Shown in pieces: positions 38,378 through 48,775 of a stretch of 64,000 nt of DNA. The stretch spans positions 4,519 to 68,518 of the forward strand of contig JBEKIR010000001.1 in the NCBI GenBank assembly GCA_050011655.1, given 5' to 3'. Position 1 is the first letter of the stretch; the number at the start of each line of letters is the position of its first letter. A program made the position numbers and the translations under genes. Origin of the DNA: Halobacteriota archaeon. GTDB taxonomy: Archaea > Halobacteriota > Bog-38 > Methanoflorentales > Methanoflorentaceae. The notes beneath the pieces are model-generated. The model saw only the letters and a program-made list of their open reading frames with translations, made no database searches and was not told where the DNA came from.

Positions 38378-39589
38378 ATGTTCGAAATAGTGACCTCAAT
38401 ATTGAGCGAAGGACCTATTTGCGACGATTGTCTGGGGCGTCAATTTGCAAAATGTTCTACGAACCTCACTAACAAACAGCGAGGACAGGCGATCCGAATC
38501 GTCAAGGCAATGCTTGACAACTCGCCAGTGAACATCCAAGAGTGGGAAGATGCTTATGGCATGTGCTGGGTTTGCGGAGGTCTGTTCAATAATCTAGATT
38601 CGTGGGTTGAACGATGTCTCGAACAGCTCTATGACTACGAGTTCGCGAATTTTCTAGTTGGAACTAAACTGACTGGCAGACTCGCTGAGAATGAAGAAAT
38701 ACTGTGGGCTGAGTCTAAAACGACGACAGCCGAGCCGCTCAAATCAGCGTTAAACAGAGAATTGGGCAAGCGTATCGAGCTTCTGACCGGCAATCAGGCA
38801 GAATTCAGCAGACCAGACATCTTGCTCATAGTCGACTTGGCCCGAGACAAGATTGGGATTCACGCGAATCCCCTTTTTTTGTACGGCCGATACCTAAAGT
38901 TCGTTAGGGGGTTGCCACAGACGAAATGGCCGTGTGGCGAGTGCGGCGGAAAAGGCTGCGCAAGGTGCAACCTAACTGGGAAAATGTACCCCGAATCCGT
39001 TCAGGAGCTGATAGGAGCCCACGTACTTAGCGCAAGCCGTGGCAAAGACGTGATATTTCACGGCGCTGGCAGAGAGGATGTCGACGCCCGCATGCTTGGA
39101 AACGGTAGGCCTTTTGTGCTGGAGATAAAATCCCCTCACAAAAGAAAAGTCGACCTTCACGAACTAGAGCAGGCGATAAACTCTTCGCAAAAAAAAATCG
39201 CGGTAAGTGATTTAGCCTTCGTTGACCACGAAACGGTCGTAAAAGTAAAAAACACCCTGTTGGACAAAGTTTATAGGCTTAAAGTGATATACGAACATCC
39301 GATTCGTAAGGAAAAGTTAAAAGAAGCGCTGAAGCGACTTGAAGGCGATATAGAACAAACAACCCCTCAACGAGTAGTGCATCGCCGTGCAGACTTGAAG
39401 CGACACAAAAAAGTGCATTCGGCCGAACTCACAGGTGATGAGATAATAATTCGGTGTGAGGGCGGGCTCTACGTAAAGGAGTTAATATCTGGAGACAATG
39501 ACAGAACTACTCCGAGCCTTTCAGGTCTTCTCGGCGTAAATGCAAAAGTTGAAGAGCTTGATGTACTAGAAGTTGGCGGAGGTCTCTAA
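38378..39589 (+). CDS. pus10: tRNA pseudouridine(54/55) synthase Pus10
   Basis: N-terminal Zn-binding CxxC pairs/THUMP-like region; catalytic domain with [11 protein letters not shown] aspartate motif. Confidence 0.85.
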   Translation: MFEIVTSILSEGPICDDCLGRQFAKCSTNLTNKQRGQAIRIVKAMLDNSPVNIQEWEDAYGMCWVCGGLFNNLDSWVERCLEQLYDYEFANFLVGTKLTGRLAENEEILWAESKTTTAEPLKSALNRELGKRIELLTGNQAEFSRPDILLIVDLARDKIGIHANPLFLYGRYLKFVRGLPQTKWPCGECGGKGCARCNLTGKMYPESVQELIGAHVLSASRGKDVIFHGAGREDVDARMLGNGRPFVLEIKSPHKRKVDLHELEQAINSSQKKIAVSDLAFVDHETVVKVKNTLLDKVYRLKVIYEHPIRKEKLKEALKRLEGDIEQTTPQRVVHRRADLKRHKKVHSAELTGDEIIIRCEGGLYVKELISGDNDRTTPSLSGLLGVNAKVEELDVLEVGGGL

Positions 39590-39888
39590 TGCCAAGATCA
39601 CACGGTGAGCGGAGGAAGACGCGGTACAAGCTGAAGAAAACCATCAGGGAACGAGGCATTGCTCCGGTAAGTCATGCAATCAGGAGCTTTGAAGCGGGCC
39701 AGAAAGTCCATATCGATCTAGACGCAAGCGTCCACAAGGGCATGCCGAATCCAAAGTTCCACGGCAGGACCGGAACAGTGCTCGGGCAACGCGGCCGCGC
39801 ATACGTAGTGGAAGTGACCGATGGCAACGCTGTAAAGACGGTAATAGCACGCCCGCAACATCTGAAAGCGCAGAAGCAGGCACAATGA
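39589..39888 (+). CDS. rpl21e: 50S ribosomal protein L21e
   Basis: 99 aa; [13 protein letters not shown]-terminus and SH3-like core of L21e. Confidence 0.9.
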   Translation: MPRSHGERRKTRYKLKKTIRERGIAPVSHAIRSFEAGQKVHIDLDASVHKGMPNPKFHGRTGTVLGQRGRAYVVEVTDGNAVKTVIARPQHLKAQKQAQ

Positions 39889-40229
39889 TAGTAAAGACCG
39901 TGTTGGCAGAGGAGAACCTCACGCTTTCTGAGGTAAAAGAGATCTTCCTTGAACTGACAACGCCTCGATCCGAAGAAGAGTTCACCTACGAGTTCAGACG
40001 GGCCCTCGACCACGTCAAGACTTTTTCAAAACTCACGGGAGCGCAAGCCAGGCAGCTCGTCAACGAGCTAAAGAACCTCGAAAAGATGAAAGAGGAGATC
40101 GCGATCAGGATCGCTGACATAATACCGTTGTCCAAGGATGAGGTGCGATCCATCTACGCAAAAGAACGGTTTTCGCTGACAGAAGGGGAACTCAACGAAA
40201 TACTCGACATAGTAGCACGCTTTTATTGA
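39885..40229 (+). CDS. rpoF: DNA-directed RNA polymerase subunit F (Rpo4/RpoF)
   Basis: 114-aa helical protein in conserved L21e-RpoF-DUF655 order. Confidence 0.7.
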   Translation: MIVKTVLAEENLTLSEVKEIFLELTTPRSEEEFTYEFRRALDHVKTFSKLTGAQARQLVNELKNLEKMKEEIAIRIADIIPLSKDEVRSIYAKERFSLTEGELNEILDIVARFY

Positions 40230-40246
40230 GGCCGGGGGCGATCTAA

Positions 40247-40804
40247 ATGAGAGGCGAGAGAGAGCAATATGTCCGCGTGCTAGACTATCTGCCACATGGG
40301 CACCCTGACGATCCTCACCCCGTTTACAGGAAGAAGCCCATCATCCACGTGGTGGGTGAGGAGAATTTCACCCTGCTCGAACTCATTCCACGCGAGAACT
40401 ATGTTCCACAGTCGTATGACCGCCTCTATATCGGAGAGGAGGAACGCAGCGAAATCGATCACGTTAAAAGGCGTTTGAGCTATAAGGAACTCACGCACGG
40501 TGCAAAGGTTGAGTTGCCTTACGCTCTTGAAATAATTGTCAAAGAGCAAGAGCCCAGGTTTGTGAGCTTCTTCAATGAAGCACAGCCGATAACGACCCGC
40601 CTCCATACCCTGGCGCTGCTCCCCGGTGTGGGCAAAAAGCTCATGTGGGAGATTCTTGCGGAACGCAAGAAACGGCCCTTCGATAGTTTTGCCGATATTT
40701 CAAACAGAGTGAGGGGCTTGTACCACCCGGAAAAAGTAATGGCAAAAAGAATCGAAGATGAGCTCAGAGATGAGCACGCTAAGTATAAGTTTTTTGCGAA
40801 ATAG
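40247..40804 (+). CDS. DUF655 family RNA-binding protein (OB plus HhH), conserved archaeal
   Basis: conserved order after rpoF; C-terminal HhH-like LLPGVGKKLMWEIL. Confidence 0.65.
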   Translation: MRGEREQYVRVLDYLPHGHPDDPHPVYRKKPIIHVVGEENFTLLELIPRENYVPQSYDRLYIGEEERSEIDHVKRRLSYKELTHGAKVELPYALEIIVKEQEPRFVSFFNEAQPITTRLHTLALLPGVGKKLMWEILAERKKRPFDSFADISNRVRGLYHPEKVMAKRIEDELRDEHAKYKFFAK

Positions 40805-40807
40805 CGA

Positions 40808-41647
40808 GTGACGCGAGACCCAAAGCGTTCAATGCCCCGTGGAAGCGACCGCAGCTACCATAAAGCGAAGTGGGGTCAGCACTTCTTAATAGATGATGAG
40901 ATTATCGAGAAGATCGTCAGCTATGCAGATATAAGGCCAACCCAAACGATTTTAGAGATTGGCGGGGGTACCGGGAACCTTACAAGAAAACTTGCCCAGC
41001 TGTGCTACAGACTGGTTGTAGTTGAGGCGGATCGGAAGCTGGCGCGGGAGCTCTGTTCGATACCGGGTATCGACGTGCTGCATGGAGACGCCCTAAGGGT
41101 TGAATTTCCCCCGTTTGATAAGACAGTCTCTAACCTGCCGTATCAGATATCGTCAGAAGTCACGTTTAAGTTACTAAAGCATCCTTTCACGTGCGGCGTG
41201 CTGATGTATCAAAAAGAGTTCGCGCAGCGGATGGTCGCAGCGCCGGGCACGAAGGACTATAGCCGTCTGACGGTCTGCCTGAGTTACATCTCAAAAGTCA
41301 AAGTGCTAGCGCGTGTCCCGAACACGGCATTCAATCCGCGCCCTGCAGTTGATTCTGTGATTGTTAAACTGGTCCCGACTAAACCGCGCTTTGAGGTACT
41401 CAACGATGTGTTCTTTCATCGCTTCGTTCGCGCGCTCTTCACGCAAAGACGAAAAACACTAAGAGCTGCACTTCTGGTGACGGCACAGCTGCTTAACGTA
41501 CAAGCGATGGACCAACTGATCGCTAAATTGCCTCAGCATTGGCTAGTCCGGCGGCCCTACGAACTCTCCCCAGAAGAGATTGCAACTCTGTCGAACGATT
41601 CGTTTGAGCTGCACGAAGCGCAAAAGACGAGGGTGCAGCGGCAATAG
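40808..41647 (+). CDS. rsmA: 16S rRNA (adenine1518/1519-N6)-dimethyltransferase KsgA/Dim1
   Basis: QHFL start motif, EIGGGTGNLT SAM motif, NLPY catalytic motif. Confidence 0.9.
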   Translation: MTRDPKRSMPRGSDRSYHKAKWGQHFLIDDEIIEKIVSYADIRPTQTILEIGGGTGNLTRKLAQLCYRLVVVEADRKLARELCSIPGIDVLHGDALRVEFPPFDKTVSNLPYQISSEVTFKLLKHPFTCGVLMYQKEFAQRMVAAPGTKDYSRLTVCLSYISKVKVLARVPNTAFNPRPAVDSVIVKLVPTKPRFEVLNDVFFHRFVRALFTQRRKTLRAALLVTAQLLNVQAMDQLIAKLPQHWLVRRPYELSPEEIATLSNDSFELHEAQKTRVQRQ

Positions 41648-41672
41648 TCGAATTAAGCCGACGAGAGCAATT

Positions 41673-42293
41673 ATGACGCCCGGAATCACTAAGGGAGGCA
41701 AAAAAGTGCGTGACCTCAGCGAGCAAGTGCTCGTGCTGCCGGACGTTTATGAGCCGTGTGACGACACGTATCTGCTCATGGAAGCCGCCTTAAATGAGGT
41801 GCGTCCGGTTGACTCGGTCTTGGAGGTTGGCACAGGATGCGGAGTCATCGCTAAGAAGGTCGCAGAACGCGCCCGCTGCGTGATCGCGACAGACAAAAAC
41901 CCGCGCGCGGTCGAAAATGCGAAGTTGAATGGTGTAGAGGCGATCATGGGGGATCTTTTTGCCGATCTAGACAGCCGGTTTGACCTCATTATCTTTAATC
42001 CGCCGTACCTGCCTAGACGGCGTGACATGCCACGTGACTGGCAGACCCAAGCCTGGGATGGGGGCCCCTCAGGCAGGGAAGTGATCGTGCAGTTCCTCTC
42101 ACGGGTTGGTAACTACTTGACCCAAAAGGGCAGGGTGCTCTTGGTGGTCTCTTCGATCACCGGCTACGAAGAAGTGACAGAGCTCATGCACGCACAGTTT
42201 GGGATTGTCAAAGCCATTGCTCAACGCAAGTTCTTTTTTGAGACGCTGTATGTGGTACTGGGCGCAGAAGCTACGCGATCGGGGGGGCAATAA
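41673..42293 (+). CDS. HemK/Mtq2-like protein N5-glutamine methyltransferase (NPPY motif)
   Basis: LEVGTGCG SAM motif and IIFNPPY catalytic motif; ORF-track start 41580 overlaps ksgA, likely start Met 41673. Confidence 0.7.
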   Translation: MTPGITKGGKKVRDLSEQVLVLPDVYEPCDDTYLLMEAALNEVRPVDSVLEVGTGCGVIAKKVAERARCVIATDKNPRAVENAKLNGVEAIMGDLFADLDSRFDLIIFNPPYLPRRRDMPRDWQTQAWDGGPSGREVIVQFLSRVGNYLTQKGRVLLVVSSITGYEEVTELMHAQFGIVKAIAQRKFFFETLYVVLGAEATRSGGQ

Positions 42294-42308
42294 GCGTTGC
42301 AGTAGAGT

Positions 42309-42848
42309 TTAAAAAGGGCTTATGAACTTGTAAAACAGCAATTCATCGACGTAAGTGCCGTTGTCTAGCCGCCCTTTGCTCAGTCTTCTTCCCTCGCTAG
42401 CGTAGTTTGAGGAGCGATACAATGCTGCTGCCGCATTTCCGTCGTAGCAGTTCACTTCTATCTTTTTAATGCCCTGCTCCAGCGCGATCTGCTCTAGCGC
42501 GACAATCAGCAATTTTCCGAGGCCCTTTCGTTGAAAAGCGGGATGGACTGCGACGCCGAACGAAGCTACATGGGCAGCTCTCGACTGCGGATCGTTCATT
42601 ATCAGCGTCGCAGAACCGATGATCTTATCTTGGTGCAGGCCAAGCACAGTGATCTCGTTCGTGTTGAGTCGGCTTAGCCACTGTTTTTTGTTCTTTACTA
42701 GGTCACCAACGCGGTATCGCTTTGCCAGAAACTGATCAACTTGACTCAGCCACGAGTAAAGGTACTCGTAGCCGCCATTTTGATAATCGTCAATGTGGGC
42801 GACTTTCAGTTCGACGGTTGTTCCATCATCGAGAATGACGTGGTTCAC
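42309..42848 (-). CDS. GNAT family N-acetyltransferase
   Basis: acetyl-CoA binding motif QRKGLGKLL; 179 aa. Confidence 0.8.
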   Translation of the reverse strand: MNHVILDDGTTVELKVAHIDDYQNGGYEYLYSWLSQVDQFLAKRYRVGDLVKNKKQWLSRLNTNEITVLGLHQDKIIGSATLIMNDPQSRAAHVASFGVAVHPAFQRKGLGKLLIVALEQIALEQGIKKIEVNCYDGNAAAALYRSSNYASEGRRLSKGRLDNGTYVDELLFYKFISPF

Positions 42849-42866
42849 CGATCTGATGATAATCCC

Positions 42867-43151
42867 TCAGGATATTGCTTCAGATTTTGACCTAATGAGT
42901 CCCAAAAGTGCCTCAAACTCATCTTTTAGCCTCAATGAAGCATCCTGCAGCGCTTTTAACGGATCCTTGGATTCCGTTTTGATGTGGAATATTGGATTGC
43001 TTATCATCGGATGCTTGACGTCGTACGTGGCGATTTCGACCTGCGGATCTTGAAGCAGCGAGTACTTCAAGACGTTCAGGAACGTGTGGCCCTCATCGAG
43101 AAATTCTATCTCAGCTTCGTCCTTTGTTGCACGAATGATCTTAATATTCAT
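42867..43151 (-). CDS. rpoL: DNA-directed RNA polymerase subunit L (Rpo11/RpoL)
   Basis: 94 aa; EDHT-type motif (DEGHTFLNVL) and HP...P..I.T pattern of Rpo11. Confidence 0.8.
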   Translation of the reverse strand: MNIKIIRATKDEAEIEFLDEGHTFLNVLKYSLLQDPQVEIATYDVKHPMISNPIFHIKTESKDPLKALQDASLRLKDEFEALLGLIRSKSEAIS

Positions 43152-43197
43152 TGTCTACAAATCTTTGAAAACAGGTGGACAACAAGCGTCGTTATGC

Positions 43198-43755
43198 TTA
43201 GATTACGCCCTTTCCGTAGTCCTCCGAGATCTTTCGCGTTTCGATACACTCGCAGCTTGGACATTCGAGCTTGTTCTGCTTCCGCACGAGCGGCATGCGG
43301 CATCTCGAGCAGAGCGCCTTTATCACGCCTAAATCCTTTTCAACCGTGCTCAATCTTAAGCTCTTTTCGTCTATTACTCTGGCCTTTATGATGTCTTGCT
43401 GGCTAAACTCGGTTTCCAGCTTCGCGACGTATGAGTCCTTCACGTTTGAAATATGAATAGCTCCTTGATCTGCATTTGCGATTTCGCGGTCTTCGTGACC
43501 TTTTATTCTTGCAATATCAACGAGGACGACTGCATTCTTCAGATCGACCACCCGACCGACCACGATGTCGCCGGTCTTAAGCATGGGTGGGGTCTCCATA
43601 ACGGGTAGAACTCGTACCGTTCGGTCTTTCTTGTCAGTTTCGACTTTTCCCGTTACGGCGGCGAATATCTTGCCTCTCTCTTCATACGTCCCGTCGCCGG
43701 GTAGGTATTCTTCAGAAGCACCTATAAGATCCCCTGGTACAACCAAATCCGTCAT
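43198..43755 (-). CDS. csl4: exosome complex RNA-binding subunit Csl4
   Basis: N-terminal domain, S1 domain, C-terminal Zn ribbon CSRC...CPSC. Confidence 0.8.
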   Translation of the reverse strand: MTDLVVPGDLIGASEEYLPGDGTYEERGKIFAAVTGKVETDKKDRTVRVLPVMETPPMLKTGDIVVGRVVDLKNAVVLVDIARIKGHEDREIANADQGAIHISNVKDSYVAKLETEFSQQDIIKARVIDEKSLRLSTVEKDLGVIKALCSRCRMPLVRKQNKLECPSCECIETRKISEDYGKGVI

Positions 43756-43796
43756 TTCTTATCCTTTCCTTCCTTCTTAGAGTTAAGAACAATAAT

Positions 43797-44390
43797 TCAA
43801 AAAGCGACTTCTATTCGATAAATTATCGCGTCTACGTATCGTACTGCATCTTTATGAAACTTAAAGGTATGTGCAATGGGCAGTTTGACCTTTATTGCGT
43901 CAGTAACGCGGTGCGGCTCAAGAAAGTGCCTCACAAAGCCGTTTACGACGGCACTGTGAAGCAAGTAGATGACTTTCCCCACACGTACTGACTTGCTCAA
44001 GAACGGCCTATCACTGCTCCGCTTCTGGGCTCCGAATGGAGGATTCATCACGACCGTGTCGAACGAACCTTCAAAGTCTTCTATGCTGCTATTTAGCCAA
44101 GATACCTGCACACCGAGTAGCTTCGCGTTCGCCCGCGCGACTTCTAGTGCTCGCTCGTCCGAGTCAACGCCCGTCGCAACGCCACCCAGCAGCGCCGCGC
44201 CTAGTGCAAGGACGCCGGTCCCGCAGCCCAAATCCACCACTGTTAGACCGGCGATGTCACCTCGCATGTAGGCAAAATAAAGAAGCTGAGCGGCAATGGG
44301 TGCTGACGTGGTGTATTGTTCGCGCATCGCAGAAGGGGATTCAAACGCTTGCACCTGTTCGAGGATGATTTCAAGCTGACGCTGTTTCAT
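43797..44390 (-). CDS. METTL5-like RNA N6-adenine methyltransferase (COG2263)
   Basis: VVDLGCGTGVL SAM motif and VVMNPPFG catalytic motif. Confidence 0.75.
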   Translation of the reverse strand: MKQRQLEIILEQVQAFESPSAMREQYTTSAPIAAQLLYFAYMRGDIAGLTVVDLGCGTGVLALGAALLGGVATGVDSDERALEVARANAKLLGVQVSWLNSSIEDFEGSFDTVVMNPPFGAQKRSSDRPFLSKSVRVGKVIYLLHSAVVNGFVRHFLEPHRVTDAIKVKLPIAHTFKFHKDAVRYVDAIIYRIEVAF

Positions 44391-44478
44391 CTTGATAGAC
44401 CGCCGTAGAGAGGTGAAGCGCGCCGTGCGACGGCAAAACTGCGGCGATTGCGAGGCGCTATTCCTGTTGGCGAGAGAC

Positions 44479-45486
44479 TTATCGCTTTCGGCTCAACACG
44501 TATGCTACAAGAGTCAATCCGGCTAACGCAATGGGCATTTCGAACCCCGGGAGGGGATTGCCACTCGAACCGCTTGATTGGGTCGGGGCCGCAGTGCCGT
44601 TGGCGTTCTGGCTCGTTGATGTGGGCGGAATATTAACCGCCTGGTTGACTCCGGCGTACGCTGTTGCTTGCGTGGTCAAATTGCCTGCCGGATTAGTGCC
44701 TGTTACGGTGATACTGAGCGTTTGGTTATTCGCAAGCGTTTTGCTCGCGATTCCTGTCCAATCCAGCTGCTGGTGATGCACTATGTTGGGCTGAACGGAG
44801 TCGTCAGTAGGACTTCCCGTGATTTGGCTTAAATTAGCTGAAAACAGACTTTCTACTTGCGCAGAGTTAACAGCGGGGTTTTGAGTCGTGGGATAATCTG
44901 TCTGATGACAAAGGCGACAATTACCCGTTACTGTGGTAATGACAGAGAACGAGTTCCCTGTGTTGACGAGCCCTTTGGCGGAGATTCCTGGTGATCCATA
45001 AATTGTTGGAACGAGGTTCAACGGAGCGTTGTTAACAGTAAACTCAGTTGTCCTCGTGGGTCCGTATGGATCTGTAACCTTAAAGATGTACTGCCCAGGG
45101 GAGAGTTGTGGAGTCAGCCACAAGAACTGTATATAGCCATTGGTACTGTTGTCACGGTCGGTCGGCCCGCCGTCGGTGACGTTCGCTATGGTCACCCACG
45201 AACTACCGGGGTCGTCGTCTTTGCCATTTCCGTTTTTGTCGTAGTAATAAGACAATGTGACCGTGCTTCCGTTTCGCGCCACGTTCGCTTGCACGATGAC
45301 ACTGCTACCTGAACTAATGGTTGTGGGTTGAAGTTGTACGATCGTCGTTGCGGATGTAGTAATTATGACAGCGCTTATTATCAACAAGACCGCGATTGAA
45401 GATAGAAGTAGCAGCGTCATTTTGTTCGCCGAGCGTGGCATCCTGGTTGCCTCCAATAATTTCTCAACCATTATCGGCAAGTTCAT
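44479..45486 (-). CDS. secreted surface protein with PGF-CTERM archaeosortase sorting signal
   Basis: N-terminal signal/TM; C-terminal S/T-rich linker followed by PLPGFEMPIALAGLTLVAYVLSRKR (PGF motif, TM helix, basic tail). Confidence 0.7.
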   Translation of the reverse strand: MNLPIMVEKLLEATRMPRSANKMTLLLLSSIAVLLIISAVIITTSATTIVQLQPTTISSGSSVIVQANVARNGSTVTLSYYYDKNGNGKDDDPGSSWVTIANVTDGGPTDRDNSTNGYIQFLWLTPQLSPGQYIFKVTDPYGPTRTTEFTVNNAPLNLVPTIYGSPGISAKGLVNTGNSFSVITTVTGNCRLCHQTDYPTTQNPAVNSAQVESLFSANLSQITGSPTDDSVQPNIVHHQQLDWTGIASKTLANNQTLSITVTGTNPAGNLTTQATAYAGVNQAVNIPPTSTSQNANGTAAPTQSSGSSGNPLPGFEMPIALAGLTLVAYVLSRKR

Positions 45487-45604
45487 ATATAAAACATTCG
45501 AGTGTCCTAATGCGGCACAATCGTTATAATCAAGAACCCGAGCCGCAGAATTGCTGAATCGACGAGATACGTTTATTACTGTCGAGAACGCTAAAAAGAA
45601 TAAG

Positions 45605-47683
45605 ATGAATGACTTCTTTTATCCTAGATCGATAGCCGTCATTGGCGCCGCGCGAGAAGAGGATAAAGTGGGACATTCGGTTCTGAAGAACCTCCTTGAT
45701 GCCAACTTCCAAGGAGAACTTGTTCCCGTCAACCCGAACGCCGATGAGATCTTAGGGTTAAAAACTTTTCACGCGGCAAAGAAGGTCGATCTCGCAGTCA
45801 TAGTCGTTCCAGCAAAAATCGTCCCTGCTGTTTTGGAAGAATCAGCGCGCGTCGGCGTAAAGGCATCAATAATTATATCAGCAGGATTTCGAGAATCTGG
45901 CGTTCAGGGCGCAAAGCTCGAGGCTCAAATTCGGGAGATAACCAAAAAATATGGGATTCGAATCGTCGGTCCCAACTGCTTGGGCATCATGAGCACTGGG
46001 GCCAACTTGAACGCTTCGTTCGCAAGCGAGTATCCGGTCAAAGGTGGCATCTCGTTGATATCACAAAGTGGGGCAATCTGCACGTCTTTTCTGGACTGGG
46101 CGGCTAATGAAAGCCTTGGCTTTGACAAATTAGTGAGCGTCGGAAACAAGGTCGACGTAGCTGAGGCTGAGCTTTTGGATTACATCGCACGCGATCCTTC
46201 AACGCGCGTTGTTGCGCTCTACGTCGAGGGTATTGATAATGGGCGCGAGTTTATGCAGGTCTCGAAAGAGGTTTCGAGGCTCAAGCCAGTTATTGCGCTC
46301 AAAGCCGGCCGTACCGATACGGGAGCCAAGGCAGCCTCCTCTCACACTGGCGCGCTCGCCGGCTCAGATGCCACGTATGACGCAGCGTTCAAACAGTCAG
46401 GGATTTTACGGGTGACTTCGATTGACGAATTCTTCGACGCCGCGAAAGCCTTCTCGCGCTGCCCGATTCCAAAAATCCCCGGGGTAGCTATCATAACGAA
46501 TGCAGGAGGGCCGGGCGTGCTCGCGAGCGACGCCAGCGCCGAGTGCGGCGTGCCGCTGGCGAACTTCACCAAGGAGACAATAGAAGCACTGCGAAACGCG
46601 CTGCCTCAAGAGAGCAACATCTACAACCCGATTGACATTCTCGGGGATGCAAAGCCGCGCCGATATGTGGCGACGCTCGAGATCATATTAGCCGATCAAA
46701 ATGTCGGCGCAGTAATCCTGCTTCTCACCCCACAAGCTATGACGGAACCAGAAGAGACTGCCAACCTGATCAACAGGCTTTCATTGCACGCAAGCAAACC
46801 CATCATTACCTCGTTCATCGGAGGAAAGGAGCTGAGAAAGGCGCGCGGAAAGTTAATACACGGCAGAGCGGCGAACTTTGACAGTCCAGAAACCGCAGTC
46901 AGGGCGGCCCGTAACCTCATCAAGTTCAGGGAGATTGCGACATCTTCAGAGGGCGCATCGACGCAGCTAAGAAGCGGGCAGAACCGTGCTGCATTTCTAC
47001 GCATTGAAGGAGTTCGGTCGGAGGGACGAACGGCTTTGACAGAAGAAGAAGGCAAAGATGTGCTGCGAGCTTACGGGATCAAAGCCCCGAGAGAGACAGT
47101 CGTTACTCGGCGGGACAAAGTCATTCAAGCAGCACGCGAGATCGGATATCCTATCGTCATGAAGGTGAGCTCGCCAGACATTGCCCACAAGACCGACGTA
47201 GGGGGGGTCATCACGGGCATAAGCAACGATAGGGCGGCTAAAAACGCTTTCGATCAAATATATGCCAACGTCAACAAGCGAATGCCCCGAGCGCGAATCG
47301 GAGGGGTGATAATCGAAGAGATGGTTCAGGGCGTGGAGGTCATCGTTGGGGTCACTTGCGATCCCCAATTCGGACCTTTTATCACCTTCGGGTTAGGGGG
47401 CTTGTACGTGGAAGTGCTCAAAGACGTGGCGCATAGGTTGGCGCCAATAACCGTCGCCGAAGCAAAGCGGATGATTGCGGAAGTTAAATCATACCCGATT
47501 CTGCTGGGTACGCGCGGCAGAAAGGCCCTCGATATCAACGCGGTGGCCGACACGATCGTGCGGGTCAGCCAAATCAGCCAGGACTTCGAAGAAATCCAAG
47601 AAATAGAGATTAACCCGCTGATGGTTCAAGAAGATGGCTGCATTGCGGTGGACGCGCTCGTGGTGATAAGCGGGAGACCGTAG
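45605..47683 (+). CDS. acd: acetyl-CoA synthetase (ADP-forming), fused alpha-beta (NDP-forming acyl-CoA synthetase)
   Basis: CoA-binding, succinyl-CoA-synthetase-like and ATP-grasp domains in one 692-aa chain; start taken as Met 45605. Confidence 0.85.
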   Translation: MNDFFYPRSIAVIGAAREEDKVGHSVLKNLLDANFQGELVPVNPNADEILGLKTFHAAKKVDLAVIVVPAKIVPAVLEESARVGVKASIIISAGFRESGVQGAKLEAQIREITKKYGIRIVGPNCLGIMSTGANLNASFASEYPVKGGISLISQSGAICTSFLDWAANESLGFDKLVSVGNKVDVAEAELLDYIARDPSTRVVALYVEGIDNGREFMQVSKEVSRLKPVIALKAGRTDTGAKAASSHTGALAGSDATYDAAFKQSGILRVTSIDEFFDAAKAFSRCPIPKIPGVAIITNAGGPGVLASDASAECGVPLANFTKETIEALRNALPQESNIYNPIDILGDAKPRRYVATLEIILADQNVGAVILLLTPQAMTEPEETANLINRLSLHASKPIITSFIGGKELRKARGKLIHGRAANFDSPETAVRAARNLIKFREIATSSEGASTQLRSGQNRAAFLRIEGVRSEGRTALTEEEGKDVLRAYGIKAPRETVVTRRDKVIQAAREIGYPIVMKVSSPDIAHKTDVGGVITGISNDRAAKNAFDQIYANVNKRMPRARIGGVIIEEMVQGVEVIVGVTCDPQFGPFITFGLGGLYVEVLKDVAHRLAPITVAEAKRMIAEVKSYPILLGTRGRKALDINAVADTIVRVSQISQDFEEIQEIEINPLMVQEDGCIAVDALVVISGRP

Positions 47684-47705
47684 TACTAACAGAAAAACTT
47701 GAGAG

Positions 47706-48716
47706 GTGGATAACTTGGAATCTAAGTGCGATGTGCCGACACTTGTTATAAGTTCAGTATCTGAACGCAGTGGCAAGACTATAATCGCTTTAGGCCTTGC
47801 TTTGAACTTTACAGGAGTACTGGGCTTCTATAAGCCTATCCGCGAGAATCTCATCGCAATTGACGGAAATTTGGTCGAGGAGGACGCGTATCTGATGAGG
47901 AATGTTCTCAACTTAGAAGAAGAGTCGCTGCTTTCGCCTTTTACCTATAATCTATTTAAAGGCATCAAAGCTGAGGACATCATCTGCGGCTTAAACCGCA
48001 TTTGCGGCAACAAACAGGCAGTTTTGCTCGAGGGAACGAAAGATATTAGCACGGGCTTTATCCACGACATTTCAAGCATCCAGCTTGCTCGAAAACTCGA
48101 CACCGGGATCTTACTCGTGACCGACATATACTCGCTTGATAAGGTAGCCATGACCAAACTTCTTCTCGAAAAGCTCAAGGTGAAGCTCAAAGGCGTCGTA
48201 TTGAATCAATCACAAGATCCTGGGTTCGAAAATTACATGATTAAACGAGGAATAGAAATTGTCGGTTCAATCCCGTTCTTAAAGGAGTTGAAAGCCCTTC
48301 ACGCCTACGAAATAGCCGAAGAACTTGGCGGAGAAGTCATTGTCGAGGGAGAGGACCGCCTCATCGAAAAGGTGCTGATCGGGGCCATGACGCCGGAATC
48401 GGCACTCAAGTACTTCAGACAGGCTCCCGCGAAGGCGGTGATCACTGGAGGTGACAGAGCCGATTTGCAGCTTGCCGCGTTGTCGACTTCGACGTCGTGC
48501 CTTGTACTAACTGGAGGGCTGTACCCCGCTAATCACGTGATCGCGCGAGCACAAGAACTCGGCGTCAGCGTGATCCTCGTTCACTTAGATACGCTTACGG
48601 CAGCTGAACGCGTAGAGAGACTCACAGCACGTATTGATCCATCCGACAGCCGCAAAATCAGCTTGATAAAAGAAACCGTTCGACAGAACCTCGACACCGA
48701 TGCACTATGGGGCTAA
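47706..48716 (+). CDS. BioD/CobQ-like P-loop domain plus DRTGG domain protein (phosphotransacetylase N-terminal-domain-like)
   Basis: VISSVSERSGKTIIALGLA P-loop-like N-domain; C-terminal AVITGGDRADLQLAA DRTGG motif; immediately downstream of acd. Confidence 0.6.
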   Translation: MDNLESKCDVPTLVISSVSERSGKTIIALGLALNFTGVLGFYKPIRENLIAIDGNLVEEDAYLMRNVLNLEEESLLSPFTYNLFKGIKAEDIICGLNRICGNKQAVLLEGTKDISTGFIHDISSIQLARKLDTGILLVTDIYSLDKVAMTKLLLEKLKVKLKGVVLNQSQDPGFENYMIKRGIEIVGSIPFLKELKALHAYEIAEELGGEVIVEGEDRLIEKVLIGAMTPESALKYFRQAPAKAVITGGDRADLQLAALSTSTSCLVLTGGLYPANHVIARAQELGVSVILVHLDTLTAAERVERLTARIDPSDSRKISLIKETVRQNLDTDALWG

Positions 48717-48775
48717 CACTTCGGAGCTCGACGACGTGCACTCGGCTAGAAATGATTTCAGCCGACCGAAAGTGG

